A stretch of DNA of 64,000 bases from Picochlorum sp. SENEW3 (lineage: Eukaryota): NCBI GenBank assembly GCA_034226945.1, contig CP120453.1:558001-622000 (forward strand), given 5' to 3'. Both the position numbers and the translations under genes were made by a program. This document shows, piece by piece, positions 1 to 10,464 of the stretch. The notes below the pieces were generated by a model. The model saw nothing but the letters and a program-made list of their open reading frames with translations, made no database searches and was not told the origin of the DNA. Numbering within the stretch: the first letter of the stretch is position 1; the number at the start of each line of letters is the position of its first letter.

Positions 1-2065
1 CCTCTCTGCGGGTTGTGTTGCCAGCAATATCATCCCAATCGAATGCAAGGGATGAGTCTGATGTGACGCTCTTCCATGATTCGAATTCATGGATGAGCAG
101 TTCTGTCTTGCCAGAGTTGGGGATGATGTTTGTGCACAAGGAACGGAGGACTGCTGGATCTGCTCTCTTTTGCTCTGGACTCCCTAGAATTAATCCATGT
201 ACTCTCAAGCCAAGTTTATCTTTTGCTCCTGAAAGCTTACGCATAATTTCATGCTCAGGCTGGCGGAGTTCTCCATCGGAGACGAGGAGGATATCACTGT
301 TTGCCCATTGGGCCTGTGTGAGCCTTTCCAGGCACATTTGGATTGGGGCATTGAAATTGGACCCTCCATTGAACGTTTTTTCCAGAAACTCCAAGATATT
401 TTCTATGCTTTTGGCATCCATATTGAGTTCGAGTTCACGGACTTCTCGTACTCCAGCGAATGCAAAGACATAACAGCCTCGTTCTTGTATTTTGGCAGCT
501 CTCATGCATTCCAGGGTGAGTGCCTTTGCCACAACCTCGCGTGGACCCCTCATGGATCCCGAGGTATCTACGCATAGAAGAATGGGTCCTCTATCAGCTG
601 TTGGCCTGATCTCACGCCTATCAATATCGATCTGCGTGGGGAATTCACCCCACCCATCTCTCTCGTATGTTTGCAGGCTCTTCTCAACCAACTTTGCATA
701 GAAAATCAGCTTTGATGCAGGTATTTTGATTCCACGAGCAAGCGTTGCTGCCTCAGATGGTAACAGTCTGGAGATATCATCACTACGAGTCAAACCACGG
801 GTCTCCTGAGCTTCCAATGTTGTTCTCAGCAGTCCCATCCTTGCATTCATGTCCAGGTGTTGTGTTGGGGCTCTGCGCAGTGGCCCCCATCCCCCGCCTC
901 GACCAAGTGATCGTACAAGGTCTCTTAATTCTTTTATATTTTCGAGTTTCTCACGTAATTCATCCATCTTCTGCCAGCCCTTTCGATTCCACAGATTCCC
1001 ATCCAATGAGAACTCCCCACTTCCAAGTAATGATTCAAAACCTTGAAACGCTTTGCCTGCCTTATTCATGGCATCTATTGGCTTTTTCCATCTCTCAACA
1101 AGTCTTAGCACAAGAGCTTTGGCCCACTGTTCTTGCACGGTCAACTGCATCCTGTCCTCTTGATCCAGAAAGGTGACAAGCACATCATCTTGCTTCTTCT
1201 TCTTTCTCTCTTCTTCTTCTTTTACTTTCTGCGCAGCAACAATCATTTCAGGTGTCATATTAGGGTTGCGGTATTTTTTCTGCTGCTCTTCTTGCTTCTT
1301 CCCAATCTCCTCTGCATTTTCATACGCGTGACCATGCTCATCCGTCTCCCTTTCCTCTTCCTCCTCTGTATATCCACGTGTTCGTTTGACATACTCCAGA
1401 ACAGTCTCTAATATACCTCGCAAAAGAGTATCTTGTATCATGGGATACTTTGCAGCGAGGGATGAAATACCCAGCACGGACAAATCCTTGATCAAAGAAG
1501 CACGCAATGGTTCCATGGGCCACTGGCAATATTCCTCCCGACCACGGAGGCACGAGACGCCTTCGGTATGCGACAAATATTTCAAGGCTGCAGAATCAGG
1601 AACAAGGCCATGCTCGAGAGAAATCTTCCAGGCCAGTACCCCCAATGCAGTGTCCTGAATAACACCCTCAGCATGCGCTTCTGTCACTGTGTCATCTGCC
1701 GTCTCCTGTGTCATGGATTCGATATGAGCGATCCGAAGAATCAGTGGCATTAGGTGTGCTGGAACCATGCCCACATCACCCAGTCCATGGAGAAGCGCTG
1801 AATGACCCTGATGCTTTTCTTGCAACACCGCAGGAGCGTCGGTAGAAGCAGCAGCCGTGAGCCTCCGTGACGACGGCGAAAGAATTTGGGACGCACGTGC
1901 CGACGTGGAGCAATTGATCAACAGAAATGCTCTTTTAGGATGCATAATGCCATAATCACTACTCCAAAGGCCATGATGGAGCGATTTATACACACAAAAC
2001 CCTCCTGATACGGCACCAGGGTGACCCACGCCACCACCATGTATCGAAACAGGGAAAACCACCAT
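1..2065 (-). CDS. ViaA/YieM-like VWA-domain protein (3' end runs off the window), with a possible organellar transit peptide
   Basis: Absent from the ORF track because it has no stop inside the window. Hand translation gives an open frame from ATG 2065 to position 2. It contains LVRSLGRG, TRSDDISRLLPSEAATL, FYAKLVEKSLQTYE, GPILLCVDTSGSMRG (MIDAS DxSxS), FNGGSNF and DILLVSDGE, matching the ViaA motif order. The N-terminus is Ser/Arg/Ala-rich. Confidence 0.85.
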   Translation of the reverse strand, partial: MVVFPVSIHGGGVGHPGAVSGGFCVYKSLHHGLWSSDYGIMHPKRAFLLINCSTSARASQILSPSSRRLTAAASTDAPAVLQEKHQGHSALLHGLGDVGMVPAHLMPLILRIAHIESMTQETADDTVTEAHAEGVIQDTALGVLAWKISLEHGLVPDSAALKYLSHTEGVSCLRGREEYCQWPMEPLRASLIKDLSVLGISSLAAKYPMIQDTLLRGILETVLEYVKRTRGYTEEEEERETDEHGHAYENAEEIGKKQEEQQKKYRNPNMTPEMIVAAQKVKEEEERKKKKQDDVLVTFLDQEDRMQLTVQEQWAKALVLRLVERWKKPIDAMNKAGKAFQGFESLLGSGEFSLDGNLWNRKGWQKMDELREKLENIKELRDLVRSLGRGGGWGPLRRAPTQHLDMNARMGLLRTTLEAQETRGLTRSDDISRLLPSEAATLARGIKIPASKLIFYAKLVEKSLQTYERDGWGEFPTQIDIDRREIRPTADRGPILLCVDTSGSMRGPREVVAKALTLECMRAAKIQERGCYVFAFAGVREVRELELNMDAKSIENILEFLEKTFNGGSNFNAPIQMCLERLTQAQWANSDILLVSDGELRQPEHEIMRKLSGAKDKLGLRVHGLILGSPEQKRADPAVLRSLCTNIIPNSGKTELLIHEFESWKSVTSDSSLAFDWDDIAGNTTRRE

Positions 2066-2267
2066 AATGCCTGTTCTATACAACAATATATACCAATTAA
2101 AGTACAATGAATGCCACCTGGCATAGGGTTTGTGCAGAATCATACACTCTTCAGTGCTGAAAGATCCAATTGATGTATTGTTCTATTCAAGGAATATGTG
2201 AAGAGTCTCTTGATGAATGCCGCGATATACCACTTTGTTTTCATATATTTAATGCAATATAACTACA

Positions 2268-3317
2268 ATGAAGAAGCGAAAGCTGGAGGATACCGCCGAT
2301 GAGGCACCCACGACGAGCATGCCAACGAATGCAGCAACACGCGTGTCGAATATTGGGGCAAAGACGAGCCATATTAAGAATAAAATGGTACGATCTCAGA
2401 AATACCATGCATTGAAGTACGAAAAGAACAAGGAGAAGAAGAAACTGAAGAAGAAGAAGGAGAAGGAGCTTGCTCGTGCGTACCAACAGGGTCTGCCCTT
2501 GCCACCCAAAGAAGAGCCCAAGACGATTGAAAACATGCGTGAGAAAGATGAGACACATATCGATACTAAGGATGATAAGGTGATTGCGGAGGAGAAGGAT
2601 GACGAGTTTGCAGAGCATTTTGCAAACCTGAGGCCTCCAAATGTCCTGATCACGACATCCTACACGTGCTCAAAAGTCATGTACAAGTTCATTGCTGATA
2701 TCCTGGAAGTGTTTCCTGCTGCAACGTATTACAAGAGGAAAGGATATCCATTGAAAAAGATTATCGAATATGCGAGGAATAGAGAGTTCACAGACCTTGT
2801 TGTGTTCAATGAGGACAGGAAGCAGGTGAATGGAATGATTGTCGTGCATCTGCCTGATGGCCCCACGGCGTTCTTTAGGCTGTCCAGTCTCGTGCTTAGC
2901 ACAGATATTAAAGGTCACGGGAGGGCAACGTCTCATAAACCAGAGCTTGTGCTCAATAATTTTGATACAATGTTGGGACATAGGATTGGACGGATGTTTG
3001 CATCCCTCTTCTGTCAAGATCCAACATTCAAAGGCAGGAGAGTGGTGACGTTCCATAATCAGAGAGATTTCATATTTTTCAGACATCATAGGTATATATT
3101 TGAAGAGAAGGATCAGAAGAAAGTTGAGAAACAACCCGATGGGAAGATGAAAAAGGTTGTGACGCCGACTGTTCGGGCTCGACTGCAAGAGTGTGGGCCA
3201 AGGTTCACCCTGAAATTGGAAATGCTGCAGAAAGGGACGCTCGATACTAAAGGCGGTGAGTTTGAATGGATACATAAGAGCGGTATGGATACATCTCGAA
3301 GGAAATTCAATCTGTAA
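2268..3317 (+). CDS. RPF1: Ribosome production factor 1 (Brix domain)
   Basis: Brix motifs VHLPDGPTAFFRL, PELVLNNFDTMLGHRIGRMF, FHNQRDFIFFRHHRYIF and LQECGPRFTLKL; basic N-terminus. Confidence 0.93.
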   Translation: MKKRKLEDTADEAPTTSMPTNAATRVSNIGAKTSHIKNKMVRSQKYHALKYEKNKEKKKLKKKKEKELARAYQQGLPLPPKEEPKTIENMREKDETHIDTKDDKVIAEEKDDEFAEHFANLRPPNVLITTSYTCSKVMYKFIADILEVFPAATYYKRKGYPLKKIIEYARNREFTDLVVFNEDRKQVNGMIVVHLPDGPTAFFRLSSLVLSTDIKGHGRATSHKPELVLNNFDTMLGHRIGRMFASLFCQDPTFKGRRVVTFHNQRDFIFFRHHRYIFEEKDQKKVEKQPDGKMKKVVTPTVRARLQECGPRFTLKLEMLQKGTLDTKGGEFEWIHKSGMDTSRRKFNL

Positions 3318-3551
3318 ATATCAATAACATAATACAGTCAACGCAACGCGTTTTGTGTTGTGTTCTTCACTGACCCATCGAGACAGTTGTGTGACCGGAG
3401 AATATGGGTTGTAGACGTGCTTCCTCGTCATTGGAACATGGTCAACGGCCTCACAATGCCAGCGCATCCGAGGATTCCCCTGATAATAATCCTTTCATTC
3501 TTTCAGAATTATTTGATTATATTTGTGACAAAATTTCTATCGATACACGAA

Positions 3552-5522
3552 ATGAAGGCTGCCATGAGCAGAGCAGGGATCTTCCTTGCAGTTGTCTTTG
3601 CCGTTGTTAGTGGAGCTCGCGCGGCAACGAATTGTTCATCTGCGGATGGACGGCAGATTTACAAGGATGGATTCCAAGATACGTGGTTGTCTGGGTCTCA
3701 AGGAACAGTGCTCGACGATGTGAGCAATGTAACTATCCGTCCTGGAACAAACATGACACTTGCTGCTGAAATTGGAGCATTCTCGACCTTCTCCATGGTC
3801 ACAGTGGTGCCATTCTCTACAGATAGTATTCTGGATATGTGGATTCAAGGAACCGTCGTGCAGGATGCCATGCTGTACTTTGAATCAAGCCAGAGTAAAG
3901 TTCGGTCAGATTCCATTGACTTGTCGGCAATCAGTCCAGAGAGCATTGCTGCTGCTGATGTGCTTCAGGATGCTGTCAGAATTGTCGGCCCAGATGCTGC
4001 TGATTGGTTCCGCTTGTCAGTGAATACAAAGATTCTGGCACCGTCGAATGCCACGGAGACTTGGGATTCCATTGTGTTTAGAGATGCATCTGGAACTGGG
4101 TTCTCGATATTTGTGAGCGAAGCGCAGATTCTTCCAAATCTTCCCCCATGTGAGTCGCGAGCATCATCAGGTTGCATCGGAAATGTGTGCAATCCTGTGA
4201 TTGATGAGTTGTTTCCCCAGTCAGATGCCGTCCCATTGTTTGGGTATGGGCCAATTGCACAGGAGATTTCTGATGAAATCTCTGCTGCAGGGATCAGGGG
4301 CATCAGTCTGATCGCAAAATTATTTGATAATATCACATATGCCGAGGTGTTTGAAATGTGTGCAAAGCTTCAGGGTCAGGAACAGGGATCTGGGCCTGAA
4401 GATGTCTTTGTCACCAGTGTTGAGATTTTGGAAGCCCGTTCCACCATCTCCCCTAATGTCATTGCAGTGTGTGAAATCGATGCCACGACAACGTCTTTGG
4501 CGCAAGCAGATATTATGGCTCCCGTGGAATGGCCATTGTTGACCGTCAGGTCGTATTCATTCGAGAATATCACCACAATGAGGGCAATGGTGACAACCAA
4601 AGTGTCATACTTTGACAGGGATGGAATCGCGACTACCAATTCAGATGATCTCCTCGCATCCGCCGATGCTGCTTGCCCGGGAATCCCATGGGGATTGAGC
4701 CGCCTCGATCAGCCAAACTTGCCTTTGGACAATGTATTCAAGCCTGGCCTTACAGGCAGTGGAGTGCACATTTATGTGTTGGACACTGGTGTCTCCAGCC
4801 ATTCTGACTTTACAGGGAGGATAGGAGCTGGAGTATCATGCTTCACGGGGACTTGTACATCTGGGAACTTTGCCGATGCGAACGGACACGGGACCCACGT
4901 TGCTGGAACAGCTGCTGGAACATGCTTTGGTGTAGCCAAGAAGGCCATCATCCACCCTGTTAAAGTTCTCAGCGATAGTGGTTCCGGATCGTACTCTGGA
5001 ATCATCAATGGTATCAAATTTTCTGTGCAGAATAGCAAGAACAATGGTTGGAGAGGGGTGATCAATCTGTCTTTGGGTGGTGGATCCTCTGCATCCCTCA
5101 ACTCGGCAGTGAATGAGGCTGTCTCCAAAGGCCTGGTTGTGGCAGCCGCTGCAGGAAACGACTATGCCGCAAATGCCTGCACAAAATCTCCAGCATCAGC
5201 TGCAAATGCTCTCACTGTCGCCTCTGTCACCAAGCAAGACACAGCGTCATCATTCTCAAACGTGGGTTCATGCGTTGACATTTGGGCCCCTGGAACCAGG
5301 GTGGCCTCAGCCAGCAATACAAACTTCAACGGCTACAAAACGCTTTCAGGAACCAGTATGGCGACGCCTCACGTCGCTGGAGCTGCCGCACTCTACTTGC
5401 AAAAGTACCCAAGTGCTTCTCCCGGACAAGTTCGCCAGGGGCTCTTGAAGGCCAGTGTTCAAAGGAATCTGTACCCACAGACAACAACAAGCCTTCTTCA
5501 GGCATATTCTGCCGTGTTTTAA
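3552..5522 (+). CDS. Secreted subtilisin-like serine protease (S8A, proteinase K-like) with N-terminal CBM-like domain, copy 1
   Basis: Signal peptide MKAAMSRAGIFLAVVFAVVSGARA (start 3552 or 3564). Catalytic triad motifs YVLDTG, NGHGTHVAG and SGTSMATPHVAG; PWGLSRLDQ at the mature N-terminus. Intronless. Confidence 0.92.
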   Translation: MKAAMSRAGIFLAVVFAVVSGARAATNCSSADGRQIYKDGFQDTWLSGSQGTVLDDVSNVTIRPGTNMTLAAEIGAFSTFSMVTVVPFSTDSILDMWIQGTVVQDAMLYFESSQSKVRSDSIDLSAISPESIAAADVLQDAVRIVGPDAADWFRLSVNTKILAPSNATETWDSIVFRDASGTGFSIFVSEAQILPNLPPCESRASSGCIGNVCNPVIDELFPQSDAVPLFGYGPIAQEISDEISAAGIRGISLIAKLFDNITYAEVFEMCAKLQGQEQGSGPEDVFVTSVEILEARSTISPNVIAVCEIDATTTSLAQADIMAPVEWPLLTVRSYSFENITTMRAMVTTKVSYFDRDGIATTNSDDLLASADAACPGIPWGLSRLDQPNLPLDNVFKPGLTGSGVHIYVLDTGVSSHSDFTGRIGAGVSCFTGTCTSGNFADANGHGTHVAGTAAGTCFGVAKKAIIHPVKVLSDSGSGSYSGIINGIKFSVQNSKNNGWRGVINLSLGGGSSASLNSAVNEAVSKGLVVAAAAGNDYAANACTKSPASAANALTVASVTKQDTASSFSNVGSCVDIWAPGTRVASASNTNFNGYKTLSGTSMATPHVAGAAALYLQKYPSASPGQVRQGLLKASVQRNLYPQTTTSLLQAYSAVF

Positions 5523-5931
5523 TCAAATTGAATACTACCATCATGAGTAATTAATTCGTGTTCATCTATAACTGCCAACCAGTCATCATCAGACTGGGAG
5601 CAGAGGCTACGAGTGCCAAGTGTAAAACTGTCGAGTCAACGCGTGTTGACTGCCGTGTGGCACTTGCAGGGGCATGTGCGCGTTCGTTTGGCCACTGGCA
5701 GTTGGTATCAGCAAAACCTCCAGTTGCGCCTTGATCCATATGTAATTGGAAACATAGATGTTTAAAAACAAAATAAATTTAATCAAATCTAATCATTGTG
5801 GTCTGTGAATGCAAGAATCCTTGTTGGCGCAGATTGCACGAATTCCTTTCTGCTGCAAGGAAATGCGACCGTGTTTACCCATCTGGATGGAAATTAGTAC
5901 CTTCATAGTATAGTTACATATAGCAGTAGCA

Positions 5932-8128
5932 ATGAAAGTCGTATTAGTAGCCGTCTTGTTGCTCGCAGTTGCAACTGGACACACGACTGCTCTGCTGCGG
6001 GGCAATGCCTGTCGCCCTGGTAGAAAGGATGGCATGGTGACTGTCTATGAGGATGGGTATGGAGACGGGTGGGTATCGGGGAGTGTAGGAACGAACCTAA
6101 CAGTGTATTCCACGAGTGCTGTGAGAGCTGGGACGCAGACAACCATGGTTGGGACAACAGAACCATTTGGGGAATTCTCCTTGGTGAGATCAGAATCCTT
6201 GGTGAGTCTAATTCCTGTGTGCACCGAAAGCGTGCTTGATATGTGGGCCCAGGGGAGCTTCCTTTCCAAAACATCCATAGTACTTCGCTCACGTGAATAT
6301 GGCGCGGTGTCCCAAGCTGTGCCCATCTTTTCCGCAGAGCCAGAAGCTATTATTCATTCACATGTGTTCAATGGAACATTTCGGGTACAAGGGCCTGATG
6401 CGCAGAATTGGTTTCGTATCTCGATAAATTTAGAAGCTATCAAAACTGATAATCTTCCTCCCCCAACGTGGGATACGATTGCAGTACGGGATGAATCTGG
6501 CCTGGGATTTACAACAATGATTAGTTCGATGCACATTCTCCCCAATGTTCCAGTCATTAAAGAACAACTGCAAGACTGTATCGGGACGGTTTGTAATCCT
6601 GTGTTGGCGTCTGCTTCTGTATTTGGACTTGTACAGTCCAGTGTCAATCCCAGGATGGTGCCTATTTTTGGTTTTGGACCAACAGCAGGGAATGGAGAGG
6701 ACAGGTTGCATGATGATGTCACTGGAGAAGGTGACCTGGTCAGTAATTCACTCTTGGTGGAGGGAATCACACATCAAGAGGTGATGAATTTCTGTGCATC
6801 GATTCTGGGTATGGAGAGCGCCGAAGATGCACGACGTGTCATGGATAGATCAATAGAAATGATAGAGTCGAGAGCCAATCGTGGTGAGGGTGCCCTTGGC
6901 GCATGCTTTTTGAATATGATCGATGTAGAAGTTGCCCTGGAGGATCCTGAAGGTCCTTCAGAATGGCCAATTTTATCCATCATGGCATTTTCATATAAAA
7001 ATATGACAAAAATTCGCAAGATGGCTCTTGGTATTCTTGAATGGATGGACAAGGATGGAGAAGTCAGCCAAGCTGATGGTGGGTCGAGGCGTCCAGCGAG
7101 TCCTTTTGTTCAGGATGATGATCTTTCTCCAGCATCTTCCGATTGCCCAGGGTTGCCATGGGGCTTGAGTCGGTTGGATCAATACCTCTTGCCTCTGGAT
7201 ATGCTGTACAATGTCTCCTCAAATGGATCTTCTGTGCATGTGTACGTGTTTTTCTTTTTGGAATTCATTCAGATTACATCGGTTTGCGTAATTTTTTTTT
7301 ACTAAGCGTCGAGACATATTGAAAGTGACGTCATGTGTCTATTGATGCAGATATGTTGTTGATTCTGGTGTGTCACCACATGCTGACTTTGGCAATCGCT
7401 TGGGACAGGGCGTGAACTGTGTATCAGGGACATGTGCTTTGGGCAATAGTCTAGATGACACAGGCCATGGAACACACGTCGCAGCGACCATTGCTGGATC
7501 TTGCTTTGGTGTTGCCAAAGGAGCAATCATTAACCCAGTGAAAGTGTTTGGACCAGCCGGGACAGGAACTTACAACTCTGTCATCCAGGGAATTCAATGG
7601 GCAGTCATGACAACAAGGGTGAACAAATGGCCTGCCGTCATCAATCTAAGCCTCAGTGGAACCAAGAGTACTCCACTGAATATCGCCGTGAGAACAGCCA
7701 CAGAAAAAGGCTTGACAGTCGTTACAGCATCTGGTAATGATTACTTTACAAATGCGTGCACCAAGAGTCCTGCAAGCAGTGAGTTTGCCATCTCTACTGC
7801 CTCCTCGAATCGCGATGATCTTGCCAGTTCATTCTCAAATATTGGACCGTGTGTCTCAATGTGGGCGCCAGGAGAAGATATAGCCTCCGCAGATGCATCT
7901 AATCTGGACGGAGGATGGACAGTGAAATCAGGAACGAGCATGGCTGCACCACATGTGTCTGGAGCTGCAGCACTGTACCTGGGATATAATACCTCTGCAT
8001 CGCCGTTGCAGGTCCGAAATATCCTATTTCACGCATCCGTGTCGAGAAACCTCGCACCAGATACATCCAAGAGACTTCTCACCGTCTTGTTTGAAGATGA
8101 AAAAGCATTCTTGCAACAGGAGATGTAG
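5932..8128 (+). CDS. Secreted subtilisin-like serine protease with N-terminal CBM-like domain, copy 2 (exons 5932-7241, 7351-8128)
   Basis: Signal peptide. The intron 7242-7350 (GTACGT...TGCAG) joins the two track ORFs and restores VHVYVVDSG. GHGTHVAA and SGTSMAAPHVSG are present; paralogous to copy 1 along its length. Confidence 0.9.
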
Positions 8129-8139
8129 GAATTTTCTTT

Positions 8140-9717
8140 CTATGATGAAGCTGGGAGGCGTTCCATGAGGAGTCTTCGCAACTCTTGCAACTCATTTTGA
8201 ATCTCTCTCAGCGTCTCGTCATGTATTGTACTAGGTGACTGAGCATCAGCCGAGCTCAACTCTTCACCAATTCTCATGGGCCACAATGCATCCCTGGTTG
8301 CAGTATCCAATTTATCAGGATCAACTCTCAGGACATGTAAATAAGTTGGATTACAATCCAACCTCCGATACACCCACATCGGAATAGTCCGTTCTAATTC
8401 GTCAATCACAATAGCTCTGTTCAAAAGACTGCGCAAATTCTCATGCGCCGTCACTGAATCCAATGAATTTGTCATCAGACTGATCAGCAAATTAATTAGA
8501 ACCATGCCCATAATAAAGGCAAATGACACACCCAATATACATGCCATGATTGGGTTTTTCGTATCTTTATACAATTCAGCGAGTTCTGGACCGTCAAAGC
8601 TCCACGCCACGACTTGCACAAACGCTTTAGATAGACTAGAGAATTCATCATGCGCCTTTTGATCTTCTGGATCTCGAAACAGCACATGAAATGACACCGC
8701 ATATCCGGTGATAATAATGATCAAAAATAGGATGTAATACCTCACATCGCTTAGAACTGCCTTCAAATCATCCACAAAACTGAACCTAGTGTTTGGGAAT
8801 ACTCGTGAAAAGTACTGCAGCCTAAAGAGCAACAGTATTGCCAGGACAGCAGCAGCCATACTGATCCCGCCACTCTGTAGCTGCAATCGACATGTGTGAC
8901 ATACAATAATATATATCTGAATGCAGTACGTCGTCGTATCCAAAAGATTCCAGGCCGACAACCAGCGCCGCACTCCGTAGGATATCAACGACTCCCTCTC
9001 AATGATCAAGAATGGAATCATTCCCACCGTGGCCCCAATATTTGAGCACACAGCAATCTTTCCAGCAGCCGTTTGCAGAACCTCACGCAAAGACAGTGAA
9101 ACATCCTCATCTTGAAACGCAATGGTGAAACTATAAAAGCTCACCAGCCAGAGCAGATAGAGAAACATTTCAAACAACAAGAGCCTTCTTGCAAACCGAG
9201 TCCACTTGTAATCAATCACACCTTGCACAGCTGGCAGCGCAAATGTCTTAAAACTACACCCATTCTCCATCCATAAGGTTACAACTCGATGCAACAAACC
9301 ATCCCGTTCGCAAGGATATTTTATGGCGAGTACATAGGCAAGCACTTGCATACCGGGAGTCTTCAACGTGGCGCCTCTGCGGCGCCTCGAGTACCCAACC
9401 CGTCTCCTCCCATCCATCGATGAGTAGGGTTCAGTCTTTAATTCTTTTTTCCATGCCTGACTATAGTCTAGGAAAGGCGTATTCGCTCCCATTGTCACAA
9501 TAGAGTCATCCTCAATTCGACTGAGAACCAGTTCTTCGTCTACTCGGAATTCCTGCACCTTTGTCACCCCTTGTCGTGATATATACTCTATGGGGTTGGA
9601 ATGTTCAGCTACAATATCATCAATGGTGGCGTCGAAGCTCCTTGGACTCGAACGCTCTTCCAAACGATCCCACATGGCGTCCTCTTCCTCGTGTAATAAA
9701 AGCGGCGTTGCAGCCAT
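8140..9717 (-). CDS. TRP-like cation channel (6-TM ion transport domain)
   Basis: Pre-S1 VIDYKW, WLSAWNLLD, six hydrophobic segments with a pore loop (FSSLSKAF), S6 LINLLISLMTNS and a C-terminal coiled coil. Confidence 0.8.
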   Translation of the reverse strand: MAATPLLLHEEEDAMWDRLEERSSPRSFDATIDDIVAEHSNPIEYISRQGVTKVQEFRVDEELVLSRIEDDSIVTMGANTPFLDYSQAWKKELKTEPYSSMDGRRRVGYSRRRRGATLKTPGMQVLAYVLAIKYPCERDGLLHRVVTLWMENGCSFKTFALPAVQGVIDYKWTRFARRLLLFEMFLYLLWLVSFYSFTIAFQDEDVSLSLREVLQTAAGKIAVCSNIGATVGMIPFLIIERESLISYGVRRWLSAWNLLDTTTYCIQIYIIVCHTCRLQLQSGGISMAAAVLAILLLFRLQYFSRVFPNTRFSFVDDLKAVLSDVRYYILFLIIIITGYAVSFHVLFRDPEDQKAHDEFSSLSKAFVQVVAWSFDGPELAELYKDTKNPIMACILGVSFAFIMGMVLINLLISLMTNSLDSVTAHENLRSLLNRAIVIDELERTIPMWVYRRLDCNPTYLHVLRVDPDKLDTATRDALWPMRIGEELSSADAQSPSTIHDETLREIQNELQELRRLLMERLPASS

Positions 9718-9880
9718 TTTTGCTTTTTTTACCTACTGTATATCTGATGGTATATCAAAACTTGCTATAATGCTACAATATCTCTGATTTGTTTCGGTCT
9801 CAAACAGAATTCGTTCATTCAGTACAACAGAAGGAAGGTCCTAGTACTGCAGTTGATCAGCATTGATGCAATATTGCATC

Positions 9881-10455
9881 CAGGGCTTTTGATAGTGGCA
9901 TATTCCCCAGTTTTTATGCCAAATTTGAATTCTTTGCATATTTGACCAGCAAAATATGCCGTGGGATATGCCATTTCATACTAAATATGCCAGCAAAATA
10001 TGCCATCTCCTGATGAAATATGCCAAGTTTGGCCATATATATCCTGGGTTTAGATGGTAGTACAGCAGTCAAACTTTGCGAGATATCAGACTGCAAAGGC
10101 ATCGATCTTGGCATCCCTGCTGATTAGCAATGGTCCCACTCACTAAGAGAGATATTCATCTTTCTCGGACAAGAATGATAGTGATACTGTATGACACTGG
10201 AGTGCTCCATCTTGCCCAGTGGGCCTCATTCTCATCAACAATTTGACATTGATGTTAGATGACCCTTCGAAGCCCTGTCTCACAAGGCAGGGGAAACGAC
10301 CTTATAGAACTTCAGCATTCGTCCCATCAAAGCGGCTCTTGGATCGGATTCAAAAATATGCCAGAAATATGCCAACAAATATGCCGAAACGTCTCGGTCA
10401 AAGGCCAAAATATGCCGGCCAATATGCTGGGAATATGCCACTATCAAAAGCCCTG
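9881..10455. mobile_element. Non-autonomous hAT-type DNA transposon (MITE), 575 bp
   Basis: Perfect 27-bp TIRs CAGGGCTTTTGATAGTGGCATATTCCC (9881-9907 and 10429-10455). 8-bp TSD ATTGCATC (9873-9880 and 10456-10463). Eight subterminal AAATATGCC copies. No transposase ORF. Confidence 0.92.
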
Positions 10456-10464
10456 ATTGCATCA

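Noticed and set aside
15..1753. Several short + strand ORFs
   Set aside because: They lie antisense to the continuous ViaA-like frame.
3360..3551. 64-aa N-terminal extension of subtilase 1 in the ORF track
   Set aside because: Non-ATG start. The signal peptide begins at ATG 3552/3564. Similar non-ATG extensions were trimmed for VPS35, the TAF12-like, CAP and PMS1 genes.
9950..10440. Repeated AAATATGCC as a CRISPR-like or iteron array
   Set aside because: The repeats are 9 bp, irregularly spaced and enclosed by TIRs and a TSD in a eukaryotic context; no cas genes.
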